The notes: generated by a model from the sequence alone, not told the origin. Counted from the whole stretch's first letter, positions 12,210 to 25,477 are shown. The stretch: DNA of 57,633 nt, filler included, from Dugesia japonica (GCA_001938525.1; 5 parts of 5 records of this genome joined end to end with filler, not necessarily neighbours in it); one strand, 5' to 3'. Program-made: numbers and translations.

Positions 12210-14186
12210 CTAACTTGGTAGTAGCGGTAAACACCGATTGTTGCCAAAAATATTTTGCAGAGGTGGCGATCTAGAAAAGTTTATTAAATGGTGTGAAATA
12301 TACTTTGAGGCAAAGAACATCTTTGTGAAAAAAGATCAAGAACGTTGGGTAACTTGTATGGTTTATTTAATGGAAGATTTAATGGAAGCATATGTGAAGA
12401 TAGAAGAAAGTTGACGGATATCGAGAGATTGCGATTAGCTTTTGAGAGCAAGTGAGACATAATAAACGATTTACAGAATCTTGAGGAAGATTTGATCGAT
12501 AGAGTTTCAGCAAAGGGAGAGCTAACAAAAGAAAAACTCTTATCAAAAATGCTAATAATTTGTACAGATAGTAAAAAAAGCAAAAGTAGAGATTATCATG
12601 CCAAAATTGGAGAAAGTAGAAGAGTTAAAAGAAACGCTATCATTGGTTAAAAAAATAGAAAGAAGAAAACCTATTAACGTAGTAATGAGATACGCGGGTG
12701 TAACACCTAAAGAACGTGCTGAAGAAAGGAAACAAAATATCAAGAGAGTTACGAAAAGAACAAAACTATAGTGTTGAACATGCTAGAGTTATGGGCATAC
12801 AAAAAGAGAGTGTACAAAGAATTTTCATGTGGAATGTTGGACTTGTCATAAAAAAAGACATTTAAGTAGAAATTGTCCTGAAAAAAATCACCAAAATATT
12901 TTTTTTAGATGAGAGAAGATAAAATTCTAAAATCAGACAACAAACAAAAGATTATAGTTGGAGAAAACAAATATCATAATGTGGAGAATGAAGAGAGTTT
13001 TTCTGAGACCATAATAGAAAATGAAGATCCAAGAAGAGAATACCCAAAAGGCAGGGCTTCATCAGTAGAGGAGTTGGTCGGAGCCATTCATTAAACATGA
13101 TACCGTTCGAATATTTTCTAGAGGCCAAGAAATGGTATGAGATGATTTAAGTGAGAGAAAAGGTTAACAGACTCCTACCAAGAGAAAATTTCAATGATGC
13201 GGAAGTTAACTAAGCAGAATTAATAGGAACAATTGAAGAGAAACAGAATGTAGAAATTTAAAATGATAAAATGCAAGGGATACCTAGAATTTCAGTGATG
13301 ATCAAGGGTGAACAGTTCGATTGTTTATTAGATACAGAAGCAAGAATAAATGTGATCAGTATGAAAGGATTTAGTAGACTCGGAGAAAGAATGTTATAGA
13401 AATTCGAAGAATGGTTGCATTGCGCGAATACCAGATATAATTGGTGGAGTGGAATTTCAAAAATCTTTTGGGTATTATTTTCAAAAGAAGTGAAAGGTAG
13501 ACATCAATAATCATTGAGAAAAATTTGTTTGCAACATCGATGCAAAATTTGGAAGGCAGATACAGACGGGTGAACGATTGAGACTTGCAATGGAGATTCT
13601 AGAAATGACCAAAGATCATAGATTGATCGCGATTATTCAGAATAATGAGGATGTATTTATGGCGGATCAATGGGACATTAGATGCACACATTTAACAAAG
13701 CATAGTATAAACACTAAAGAAGGTCCAATCAATAAAAAACCGTATCGTCAACCAATGAATCTAAAAGAGAAGATTGAAGAGGCCGTCAAGAATCTGTATG
13801 ACAACGGTATCATCTGGAAGTGTAATTCTCAATTGAATAAGCCATTAATCTGCGTTTGGAAAAAGGGAAAAAAGGATATATGATTATTCTTAGACTTTAG
13901 ACAGCTCAATGCAATAACAGAAAGACAAGCTTTTCCTATATCATATGTGAACAAAACGCTGTATGCTTTGGAATATACGCAGTATTTCATCTCAATAGAC
14001 TTGGGAAATACATACTATTAAGTGAAGATTCTCTAGAGAAGACGGCTTTTTCGACCAAAAAAGGGCAATTTTGTTTTAATAGAATGCCTTTTGGTATTGC
14101 AGCAGCACTAAGTACGTTACAGGAAATATTGAATAAAGTAATCATGAAAATAAAAGGAGCGATGGTTTATCCAGATGATATTCTCA
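12210..14186 (+). mobile_element. Ty3/Gypsy retrotransposon remnant (gag CCHC knuckles, aspartic protease, RT truncated at YxDD)
   Basis: CWTCHKKRHLSRNC; LLDTEARINVI; KKPYRQP; LDFRQLNAITERQAFPI; TAFSTKKGQFCFNRMPFGIAAA; MVYPDDI; many stops and frameshifts. Confidence 0.92.
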
Positions 14187-14243
14187 TGTATGTGTGTTGT
14201 GCATAACATGAAGTATGAATTGATTTTCTACAAAGAAAATCTA

Positions 14244-14585
14244 TTGTTTGATAGTACTTTTCAGATTGAAACAATATTGAAATGTGAATGGGGCAGAAGG
14301 CAATTCAAAGGAGTGTATACAATAGAACGCTTGCCAGATCTTTTACAAAATGGATCCTATTTGATCAATACATACACATCAAATTTAGATGGTGAACATT
14401 AGATTGCTATTCGTGTCAAATCAAATATCATTCGTGTATTTGACCCAATGGGTATGTTTTATCCATCATTGCTGGTCACAAAATTGGAGCGTATGCAGCA
14501 ACGTGTCGAGTATAACCAAGCCATGTATCAGAATCCATTGACAGTTTTATGTAGACAATATTGTATTGAATAGCTGAAAAGTTAG
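14244..14585 (+). pseudogene. Polinton adenain-like cysteine protease
   Basis: FKGVYTIERLP...INTYTSNLDGEH*IAI...VFDPMG...YNQAMYQNPLTVLCRQYCI shows the H, D, Q, C catalytic order of adenovirus-type proteases; two apparent Trp-to-stop changes. Confidence 0.85.
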
Positions 14586-14623
14586 TATAAACAATCTTTA
14601 TGTAATTATCAATAATATTTAAA

Positions 14624-15087
14624 ATGTCTGTATTTTTTATTGAATATGAAGCTTTTCAGAATAATAAAGGTGACTATCTAATTAAAGAATTGTTTATAAT
14701 AGATGTGGATAATATTCTTCAATTATTTTATTATATATTTGCCATGACAGGATCAATGGGTTTTTTATCAAAATCTGCTTAAACCACTAATGCGTATTTA
14801 CGACTCTGGCGTCATCATTTCAGGTGGATTGATGGAGATTGTAAATTTGATCCCATTCAAATTCTCAACGACATTCAAGCAATTTCTAATGATGCACTAT
14901 TTTCGTGAATGATCACATGAAGGGAAAGAAAATCAATACTTTCAAACATATTTTCCCAAATCTTCGAATTGTTAATTATAACTTAAATGAACATCTTCTA
15001 TTATGTATACCAGATAATATTTCCTGCCCATATTATAATCATGGAGATTATTGTGCATATAAAAAGTTTAAAGCTCTGGGTACATAA
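14624..15087 (+). pseudogene. Polinton accessory ORF, possibly DEDD-exonuclease-like, with a Cys/His tail
   Basis: MSVFFIEYEAFQNNKGDYLIKELFI...TTNAYL...HHFRWIDGD...CPYYNHGDYCAYKK directly downstream of the protease; one stop and a frameshift. Confidence 0.5.
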
Positions 15088-15124
15088 ACTGTCATAATGT
15101 AAATAAAAATATCTTTTGATATTA

Positions 15125-15133
15125 TTAATAATG

Positions 15134-15192
<59 letters not shown>

Positions 15193-15242
15193 NNNNNNNN
15201 NNNNNNNNNNNNNNNNNNNNNNNNNNNNNNNNNNNNNNNNNN

Positions 15243-15272
<30 letters not shown>
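15125..15272. repeat. (AAT)n microsatellite; similar tracts at about 29120-29277 and 40645-40840
   Basis: Direct reading; each tract contains an N gap. Confidence 0.95.
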
Positions 15273-15273
<1 letters not shown>

Positions 15274-15299
15274 TAATCAATTACATTTAAAAGATCATG

Positions 15300-15885
15300 A
15301 TTAAATTGTGGAATTTTTCACGTTTAAAAATAATATTTTCATTAATAAATTTAAAGGTTAGGGTATGAAAACTCATGTCAAAGATGTGAAATTTCACAGT
15401 TTACCTTAAGGTTTGAAAGTTCAAGCCATAAGAAAAACATTTTAATTAAACGATTTTATATATAAATACTCAATGCACAACGCTTTAAAGGTCTTTTACG
15501 AACTCATATTTGAAGTGTAATAATTCACATGCTAATAAAAAAATTATTATTTCATTGTTTACTTTTCGCACGTTTAAAACAAGTAATTAGGTGTGAAAAA
15601 TCACACGTCAATAAAAAATAATTAGGTGTAAAAATTCTCACATTTAAAAAAAACAATACATAATGTAAATGTAAAAGTCCATTGTTTACAATTAAAGTGT
15701 GAAATTTGGCTCTAAAGGTGCCAATTTTCAAATCTATTGTTGTTTACATTGTGAGGTGTGAATTTTCACAGCTAAAAAATAAAGTTGATTGTTTACATTA
15801 AGGTGTGAAAATTCATACCTATTGTTATTATTTTATATTATGAAGTGTAAAGTGACCTGTAAATCATCTGCGCCAGTGCACTCAT
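15300..15885. repeat. Degenerate repeat tract of GTGTGAAAATTCACA-like motifs ending in TGCGCCAGTG
   Basis: Recurring TGTGAAA, TTTCACA and TGTTTACATT motifs. Confidence 0.55.
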
Positions 15886-17066
15886 AACCACCCACTGATA
15901 TCTGTTTGCTTTAAACTGATTCATTTCACCTTCATCATTGCGCTAGAATCTTCCCTTTTCAAACTATAATTTTGATTTTTCCGCCATCTTTGAACTGTAA
16001 CATTTCTTCCGGCATTTTATACAAGGTTATTTTCTCTATATTTTATGTACATAAGTGTTTAGAAAAAATTATCGTATGGTTGTTCAGAGAAATCTACCAA
16101 TTTATGTATTTATTTGTTGGTGTAATGATAAACAATTTTATTTTTTAATTCATTGTGTATTGCCATTTTTGTTCTGAGTTATTCTAAGATCTTCTATGTT
16201 GTTAGCTATTTCCCTAATTTCAAAACTTCAAGTTGGTGTCCTGCCTTTGAGTGCTTGTGTATACTTCCATTTCGATAAAAAGGAAACATTGTTAGATGCG
16301 TTATCCATTGTCTTTTTCAATATGTGCAATTGTCATTTTAAACTGTAAATGAAAGCCTCAATCATTGTAATGTTGTACATGCCAGAGACCTTTTAATAAG
16401 TAAGAATATAGCTTGTTACGTTGTTTAACAATTTTGTCTACTTGTTGGTGAATGCATATTCAGTTAGACTTTGGAAAGGAAATAGCTGTACATTAGGTAT
16501 TATTTATATTATCAGTAGGTAAATAGTTCCACACTTTCCAAACCCCCAATGGTGACAAAATGGTTTATATTTATACATTTTCATAATGTAAATTTTCATT
16601 TTATTTTAATGGTAAAAGAAATTTTAAAATGCATTAAAAAATTGTTTAAAATTTTAAAAAACAGGGTGCTTTTGTTATGATAGGATCAAATGTAGTAGCT
16701 ATATTTGCAAAAAATCTTTTAAATTTCAAAAGCACTGCGCAGGTGTTGATTTCCCCTTTTTCCAAGCGATAATGGTATGAATGAAATGAAGCCGCAAAGC
16801 TAAATATACATTGTCTGAGGGAACTACACATATTTAATACGCCGCGATAAACAAATCAAAAAATATCGCACAAAAATAAAAGCCTATATATATGTTTGGG
16901 CTGCAACAGCCACGATGAAAAACTTACGACTAATAGTGAAAAAAAGATTAATAAATGTGAACGTGTAAACGAATTAAAAGAAAAGTGGAGGCATTGCCAA
17001 AGAAATAAATAAGGTAAAGATATAATAAATTAATTGATTAAAGTTTGACCAGGAGAATACGATATA

Positions 17067-18300
17067 CAGGGTGTTAGTTAAACATAGGACAAAAATTTAA
17101 AGAATTATTCCTAGCCTTATTTTATGAATAATTATATGGTAAAACTTTTTTTTAGGTCGTCTTGTTTCAAAGATACACACATTTAAAGATTTTAAAACAC
17201 AAACAATTTCAATACGCATAATATTTATTTACATTTATTTACTTACATTTTTTATTTACAGAAACTATTGAAAATTACCTCCACCAGCTAATATGCAGGA
17301 ATCCAATCTTCTCGTCATTGAATCACGCATTCTTTTGAAAACACCAGGAATGTTACTTATAGAATTACATCTATTGACGATCCGATTCCTTAAATCATCT
17401 TCATTTTCAACTGGCGTCTTATAAACTAAAGATTTTAAGTGGCTCCTTAAAAAAATTCAACCGGATTTAAGTCCGGAGATCGAGCAGGTCATGAATAAGG
17501 TCAGCCTCTACCAATCCAGCGATCGTGATATGTTGCATTTAGGGACCAACGATCTAGTCTACTAAAATGCGGTGGTGCTCCATCATGTATAAACCACATT
17601 ACTTTTCTCATTGTCTATGGTATATCCTTAAGCAAGTCGGCTAGCCTATTGTCCAAATAATTGCGGTATACCTCAGCGGTAAGTGTTCCTGGTAGAATCA
17701 CCGGTCCGATTAAAAAATCACCCACAATTCCAACCCAAACGTTCAATAAGAACTGATATTGGAAACGATCTTCACGTATCTCATGTGGATTTTCTTCCGC
17801 CCACACATGATTATTAGGAAAATTCATTATTTCATTTTTTGAGAAACTTGCTTCATTGGTAAACAGAATTAGGCTCAGTAGTTGAGAATTTTGAAAAAAT
17901 GTTTGTTTCAGCCCTTAACCAAATGCGATTCGAGGAGAAAAATCTCCGTTAATAAGTGCTTGAACGCGTTGAATGTGGTATGGGAAAAGCTTTAGTTGCC
18001 TCTACATTTTTCACATAGTGTAATTACTTACATTCAATGCGTTTGCTATTATTCTAGTTGAAGTATGTAAATCTTCCTCTACTATATCACACACATCTTC
18101 TTCAATTTCTATTATTCTTCCTGATTTTAGTCTTCCTTGTCCACTATTGTGTTTAAACGTGCCTGTTTCGAGAAGATGCCGATGAATTCTTTCAAAAGTT
18201 TTTCTATTAGGAACATAACGTTTTGGAAATCGTTCGGCGTACAACTGCTTTGCCTTTAATGAATTCACATTTGCTAACATATACATAAAATGCATGTCCG
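17067..18300 (-). mobile_element. Tc1/mariner DD41D-type transposon, decayed, one TIR visible
   Basis: MHFMY...YAERFPKRYVPNRKTFERIHRHLLETG; LFTNEASF; NVWVGI; WFIHDGAPPH followed by 41 residues to RSPDLNPV-E; TA-CAGGGTG terminus at 17065-17073. Confidence 0.9.
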
Positions 18301-18499
18301 TCCTTTTGCGTTTTTATATTGATTCTTATATGAGATTTAGGCATATTCTTAATATTTATTTTATATACATCTAGGTTAATTTTAAAAAAGGCTTACTTTT
18401 AAGAATATTTAAACAAATCTTTTTTAATTAATCTTGATTGACAATAAAGATATTATGTATAATAAATACATTGCAAGCTACAATATTAATACTACATTT

Positions 18500-20695
18500 T
18501 TCTTCTTTTCTATACTTCTCGAGCTCAATGTACTGTAGCTGGTACATCCGTAATTTGCTCAAGTCAAGTACAGATTGAACAATATAGCTTGGACGATCTA
18601 GGCATTATGAATCTTTATTCATCAAGGCATTATGAATCTTTATTCATCAAGGCAGCAATCAGGTCTTCATCAATCTTAATGGATTTCTTGAAGCTAAGTT
18701 CTGAAGAATAAGTTATAAGCTTTTTGCTGATATTACATAATCGTAAACCCATCCTTTTCTTTAAATTTTCGACAGATTTCCCATACAAACTATTGTTCAA
18801 TAGCTAGTAATAATTTTTCTCAAGCCCACTATTACATTCTACTATTAATGCAGTGTTTGTTTTGATATATTTTTCAAGTATACAAGCTTGAGTAAATTTT
18901 ACTGCTCTATAGACAACTTTAACATCAACTCATAATCTTATATACATTTGTAGCAGTTTCCAATTCAATACATAATTTCTTTAGCATAATGAGTTAACAT
19001 TAGCTTATTCACTTTACTGTCTGGAGCGCTTCAGTGTTCTGCTGCTACTGGTAGATCGTTAGGAAAATTATGAATTTCTGTTGGGATTATCATGTCTAAC
19101 TCTATAGTGTACCCATTTGACAGTTCATCAAAATCCAAATACCTAAATAATTTTAATACTACTTTTAGTGCACCATTATGTTGCAGTCAATGTCTTCTTG
19201 CATAAATAACAATTTGTGGTTACAGCAAATGATACTTCTTGACCTCTTGATATTATAATTTTCTTATTCCCGTTTTCTTTGTAGTATGGTGTCACTAGAT
19301 TTTGATTAATTTCTTGAAGTTCTTTAAGAAAATCATATATGCATGCATCTCCAATGAAATTTTTGTAAGTTGATTTGTTAGTACAGTTATTTAAAAACGA
19401 CATTCTTGCTGAAACTGGCATATGTTTCTGAAAATGAACATCATCTGCTGGAAGAACTGATTCAAAATCAGCGTATATTATGAATGGTGGTGTCAAAGCC
19501 CTTAAACTCTAAGTTTTTCTCTCTAGACATAGTATATAGAGTGGTTCTGGTTTGAATTTTTTCACAAATTACCACATGTTTATCAAATGCTAACTTATAT
19601 CTAAATTCGTTTAAACCATTTGAGCACCATTTTGAATAAACTTGTACACCAGATCTTTCAACATCACGTTTCATTAATCTGTTCAAATCCATTATGGCTG
19701 TTTAATAATACTAATGTCCATTCTCTAACAACAAAAAATTAATTTTTTCTCCATCCATCACTTTAGACTTATGAATAATATCTAAATTTGGAAGTTTGAA
19801 AACCTCCTAATCGCCATCTTTACTTCATTTGAATTCCATGAAAAGACATAAACTGCATATCCTGGATTTTTTCGTTCAAATTTTCCTATATTATCCAGTC
19901 TCATTGGCATTTCTGATTCATCGATTTGTATTTTTCATATATTGATGCTCGGTTTCTATGATGTGGATGAACCACAATTTCTATAATAATTGCTAAAATG
20001 CTGTAAATAAAGCATTTATTAGTTTCATTCTTGATATTAACAATGGCCATTTTTTTCAGATTCGATGGAGTCGGTATATAGCCATGTCTACTCATATTTT
20101 CAATTTTAGTGATTTTGAAATCAACTTCCAAAATCCTGTTCAATATCCAGCTAGAGTCAAGCTCGCCTCTTATAGCAATTTTTTCATTTAATTGCTTTAA
20201 TTCATCTTGGAAAAAAATCATCACTTAATTGAATGGCCCTATTTAATATTCTCCACGTTTTTATTTCCTCATCCCTAATAAATTCAACGTTGATATCAAA
20301 TTGAATTTTTTACATCTTTCAATTCTTCAATAAGTTAAACAATAAAATTTTCTGTGATTCTAATTTGATTCGTGTTCCAACTTGAAATATCAATTTTTAT
20401 AATTTGATGGCATCGATATAAATCTCTTTTGATAACACCTTCATCTGCGTTGAGATTTACTGCTCCGCCAATCCTCTGATGTAATATCTTGTACACGATT
20501 GATTACATATCCTCCTGGTTCATTTATCACTGGTTCTGGCTCCATCATGATTTCTTCATCATCTTTAATTACGATAACTTCTATCTTAGTTCTCTTAGTT
20601 GCTACATTTATTTCCCTATGAGTCCTATCTAAAATAAATTTTAATGTTTGTTTCTTATTTTTCGAGAAACTAGATAAGTTGTCCTTATGAGCCAT
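18500..20695 (-). pseudogene. Polinton protein-primed family B DNA polymerase, fragmented with internal deletions
   Basis: GYIPTP...AIVNIKNETNKCFIYSILA; PPFIIYADFES (Exo I); CYLCKK; DLPVAAEH; RAVKFTQ...EKYI..NT; LLNNSLYGKSVEN (motif B). Confidence 0.92.
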
Positions 20696-20949
20696 ATAAA
20701 AACTTACAACCTAGACAAACAAAATACTTTTCACCATAAAACCATTGGCCATAGGGCACTTCATGATACTATGGGAGTCACTATTGTGACTCGCACTGGC
20801 GCAATAGTTTTGGTACAATTGACCTAAATAATAATAATTTGACTTTAATGAAGCTGTTAATAAAATAATGAAATACATTTAATATATTATATTATATTAT
20901 TTATACATTTAAATAATGTATAAATAATAAAATAATAAATAATGAAATG

Positions 20950-21885
20950 TTAATAAAATTTATGATTTTCATTTTTATCTATCCATACTGATTTCAACAA
21001 AGGAACACTTACATCTCCTACAATTAAAGGTTCAACAATACTATTATAGATAAACATTTGATTATATCGCTTTACTAGTTTAGGTTTTCTAATACCTGTA
21101 ATTATTACAGATAGATCATCAATCCCACTACGAACATAAGAAACGTTTTCTAATCCAAGAGTTTTCGTCAACCTTTCATCAAATATAACACTTTTAGTTC
21201 TATTTATCAATGAAAATCAAAATAGTTCACCTTCCTTTAGCATAAAGGTTTGAAATGGTTTTAAAATGTTGTTATAAAAATAATCATTTAACTGTGTTAA
21301 ATCATTTATATGCAAACCATCTTCAAATTCAAAATAATGTTTAGTGGTTATAAAATAGATATGTTTAAGGGATATGCTTTCAATTGAATCATCATTTTTA
21401 AAAGAATTAAAGTGAAGGGTAAATTTTCTGTCTAACATACGGTAATAAGCTGACATTTTAAATAATTTGATGGTATCAGATTTAAATCTTTCTTTTTGTT
21501 TAAGAGTACTGAACACCAAAGCACTTTCTGGACTAACAACGCTAGTATTATTAACTATTATCGTATTATTATTAAGAGTTACATTAGGTTTATAACCTTT
21601 ATCAAAACCTTTAAAAGAAATAGTTAAAAGAGTTATGTTTTGTTTGTTATAAATAAATAAAAACAAGTCATAACTAACTTGTTGATATATTTTTTAATCA
21701 ATTCTAGATTTACTATATATCGGAAATAATTGATATACAAAAATGAAATCTATCATGGCTACTTGCCAACTATCTTCCAAATAAATTGGATTTTGAAGCC
21801 CAACAATGAAATTACTACCATTATTATCCAGATGAAAATGGGGAAAACTATTACTCGGCAAAAGTGTAGAGAATATATTTCTCAT
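20950..21885 (-). pseudogene. Polinton minor capsid (penton-like) protein, copy 2
   Basis: N-terminal TLLPSNS...SNFIVGLQNPIYLEDSWQVAM and C-terminal QMFIYNSIVEPLIVGDVSVPLLKSV, split across three ORFs. Confidence 0.85.
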
Positions 21886-21932
21886 TATTAACTATTTGCG
21901 ATGCTAATATACAAGAAGGTTTTTCATATCTA

Positions 21933-22974
21933 CTACTTTACGTAATATTGTTTATTCTCGTTTGATCCTTTTGATATGATAATTTTTTCTTTTCGAAATA
22001 CTGTTGGTGACGGAATTACTTGTAGTTCTTGCTCATAGAACTTTCCTTGTATGAAATTATCTTCAAAATGTTTAATCACATACATGATTGAATTCTGTTT
22101 TGTATTGATTTTCGATATTTGAAACACTTCATCACTACAATTACTATCGAAATTTTTGATGAATGGAGAAGCTAATATCTTTGATATTCTAACATAATTA
22201 TCAACTTTATATTTCGGGTTCTTTATTGTTTTTTATTGTTGTCGTGTCAACCCCAACTTTAATTCATTGTTTGGACCTATATCAACTGGCCTGGCTCCAA
22301 TTAATCCTTTATGAGATGAATGATTATAACTATGAATGGGTTTTGGTAACACATTTATCAATGTTTTATTACCGGTATACAAAAACTATTTCTTCAAAGC
22401 ATCTCTCAATGTACGATTGAATTTCTCTACACGAACCACCTTGTATTGAGAAAATACAGAATAATAGTTAAATTTGAAATGCTTTATAAGATTTTTGGCT
22501 TTAGTATTGTAGAATTCTTTACCCAGATCTGTTTGTAAATTATATGGATGTCCATCTTTAAACATTGACTTGATTGCTGGCACCATATCATTAGTAGACT
22601 TTGATTTTATAGGTATAGCTCTTGCAAATCTACTAAAGGCATCAATACATGTCAAAATATACTTGAATCCTTTATTAATCTTTGAATATGGAATTATTTC
22701 CATCTAATCCATTTGCCATAAATCATCAATACCATATGTTTTATACGCTCTTGTTGGAAATCTTTTCAACATTGGCTTGTTCAGACTGTACGCTAGTTGA
22801 CTCGATAACCACTTTTTGGTCTTTTCTTGTTTTTTGTGCTGCTTTCATCAACTTTTCTACGCGACGAAAACCTGCGGGGTTTTTGGATCCGTCTATATCG
22901 CTTGTAGTTTGACCATTACAACAATTTGACAAAAATTTGAAATTAAAATTAGGTAATGATTGTATATCACTCAT
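21933..22974 (-). pseudogene. Polinton rve-type integrase with truncated chromodomain
   Basis: NPAGF..VEKL; YGIDDLWQMD; KYILTCIDAFSRFA; LQTDLGKEFYN; VEKFNRTL; QGKFYEQELQ; QYYVK. Confidence 0.93.
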
Positions 22975-23142
22975 TGTTTATATAAAATTAATTAAACCTA
23001 ATTCTGCTAATGCAATTGGAAGTAATGCTTCTATAAAACCTCNNNNNNNNNNNNNNNNNNNNNNNNNNNNNNNNNNNNNNNNNNNNTTAATTAATTAANN
23101 NNNNNNNNNNNNNNNNNNNNNNNNNNNNNNNNNNNNNNNNNN

Positions 23143-23358
23143 ACACGTCTTTATCTCCGCATCTTTTACAAATTCGACATTGATGCCAAACTGTATTTTC
23201 ACATCACGTAGTTCCTTTATTGCCTTATGTAATTCATCTATTAGCGTTTCTGGCAAAACTTTAAATGTTTGGTCTTTAAATGTTTTACTAGATTTTATCA
23301 GAATAATAGGGTTGTATTTTGTTATTATTGTGTTTTGTAGAGTTTTATATGTGCTCAC
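23143..23358 (-). pseudogene. 5' part of a second Polinton pPolB-associated ORF
   Basis: KIQFGINVEFVKDAEIKT matches KIQFDINVEFIRDEEIKT at about 20260-20315. Confidence 0.7.
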
Positions 23359-23374
23359 TGATCAAATATTTTGA

Positions 23375-24550
23375 AATTGCATAGATGTTGATGTAGTGTT
23401 TTGAAAAATTGCATGTACGTCTATGTAGTATTTTCAAACATAACATATATGTCTTTACAATATTTCCCAACATAACATAGATGTCTACGTATTAATTTCA
23501 AACATAACATATAACAAACGGTTACAAAATCCTATGTAAAACATAGGAAAAATAACACAAATATTGCATAGAAGTCTATGAAAGTTTAAATAAATTACAT
23601 ATACATCTATGTTATATTCTCAGACATAGTATATATGTCTATGTAATATTTTTAAACATAACATAGGTGTATGTCTATCAAAATACCTAATAAAGCTTCA
23701 TACACAGTAAACTAATTGAGTCTTATATACAGTAGACCAATGCATATCATATACTCAATAAACAATATAAATTCACTAGATTCATACAATAAACTCAATA
23801 AGGTCTTATAATACGCACATTAAGATCTATAAAGTCATATATAACACGCAATTAACCCAATATACTGAAATAATACACACATAATATACTCTATATATTC
23901 ATATAATACATATAATATACCCTATAATAAACACAATACACAAAATAATGTCATAGATTACAGCCAATAATATCAAATAATACATATATTTAACCTTATA
24001 AAATCATTGAAATACACACAATATACCCTATAGCCATTTAATACATACAATTAACTCAATATAGTCATATAATACACACAAATAATCCAATAAATTCTTT
24101 TAAATACACAGAATACACCTAATACATACAAATAAATACATAGAATAAACTTAATATAGTTNNNNNNNNNNNNNNNNNNNNNNNNNNNNNNNNNNNNNNN
24201 NNNNNNNNNNNTACAATAAACTTAATATAGTTATATAATACTTACAATGAATTCAATATAGCCATATAGTATAGATACAAATACCCAAATATAGTCACTT
24301 AAATACACGCAAATAATCTAATATTATCTTATGCACAGAAAACGATTTGGTCTTACACTCACTAAAACCTGATATGTCTTATATACATAAAACCTAATAG
24401 ACTTTATACACACATGAAATCAATGAGCATTATACACATAATAAATCTAATGAGGTTAATACATAGAAAACCCAATGGGCTTTATACACTTAATAAACCC
24501 AAAGGGTAAAATGCACACTTTAAACCCTAGAGTTATATAATACACATAAT
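23375..24550. repeat. Two abutting degenerate minisatellites of about 30 bp
   Basis: 23375-23690 units carry a CATAGATGTCTATG-like core; 23690-24550 units resemble AATACACACAATAAACTCAATATAGTCATAT. Confidence 0.75.
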
Positions 24551-24638
24551 ATTTAAGGCTTCCGGGGAATTCGATACAATAATTTATACATATTTATTCA
24601 AGTGTGTATCAAAAATACATGTCAAGCAACAAAAATAT

Positions 24639-25075
24639 ATGATAAACNNNNNNNNNNNNNNNNNNNNNNNNNNNNNNNNNNNNNNNNNNNNNNNNNNNNN
24701 NNNNNNNNNNNNNNNAATAACTAATATTAATCTAAATAATTATTTAATAGTAGATGATTTTCTAGAAAATGATGTAAAGATAGATGAAATAGATGCAACA
24801 TCAAAGGAAAAGATGAACGATACTCAATCAAATGATGATATTATTACCGAGCAAATGATGTCATCATTGAAGTGGAAATACCTGATATACCTGGAAATTA
24901 TATCATTATTGATGATGAAATAATTGATATGCCTCGAAATGATGATATCTTTAATGAACTAATTTCTGACACAAATACAAATAAGGTTATGATTGGTGAG
25001 GAAATGATTGATTCACAGTCCAATGAAGAAATAAATATTAAGAAAAAAACTGATGAAGACATATTGAATTTTTAA
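24639..25075 (+). pseudogene. Acidic low-complexity orphan ORF with an internal repeat
   Basis: Two overlapping frames containing NYLIVDD...MNDTQSNDDI and NYIIIDDE...MIDSQSNEEI. Confidence 0.4.
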
Positions 25076-25477
25076 ATGTGTAATAAAGAACATGTCAGTG
25101 ATTTTGGGTTTTTAGGATTTGATGTTTTAAAATGCTAGCTTCAAATTCTCTCATCTCGCTTTCAATAATTTCTATTGCATTTACATATCTAGATGTATAC
25201 CTAAAAACCACAAGTATTTATGTCACCTATGTGACATGCCCCTTTCTTTCCACGGGTTCAGCGCGTCTTACTCATAAAATTTGTGAACCCAGGCAGCAAT
25301 AATCACACATGCTCAGTTAAAATTCACCATAACAATTTTACCTTAATAAACAAAATCTCAAGAAAATCATAAGACTATAGCTACATTCATTAATATTTAT
25401 TGCATTACATGTATGACCCGCTAATCAGCATCCAAGTCGACTGTATGCTCCGTGATTAAACTCGTCCCTTCTGGAAA

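Noticed and set aside
12205-12230. Gypsy LTR end and primer-binding site (TAACT-TGGTAGTAGCGG)
   Set aside because: Position is plausible, but there is no second LTR to confirm it and the tRNA match cannot be verified here.
18600-18653. 25-bp tandem duplication inside the pPolB remnant
   Set aside because: Ordinary slippage in a pseudogene.
23375-24550. CRISPR-like array
   Set aside because: Degenerate tandem units without unique spacers, eukaryotic context, no cas genes.
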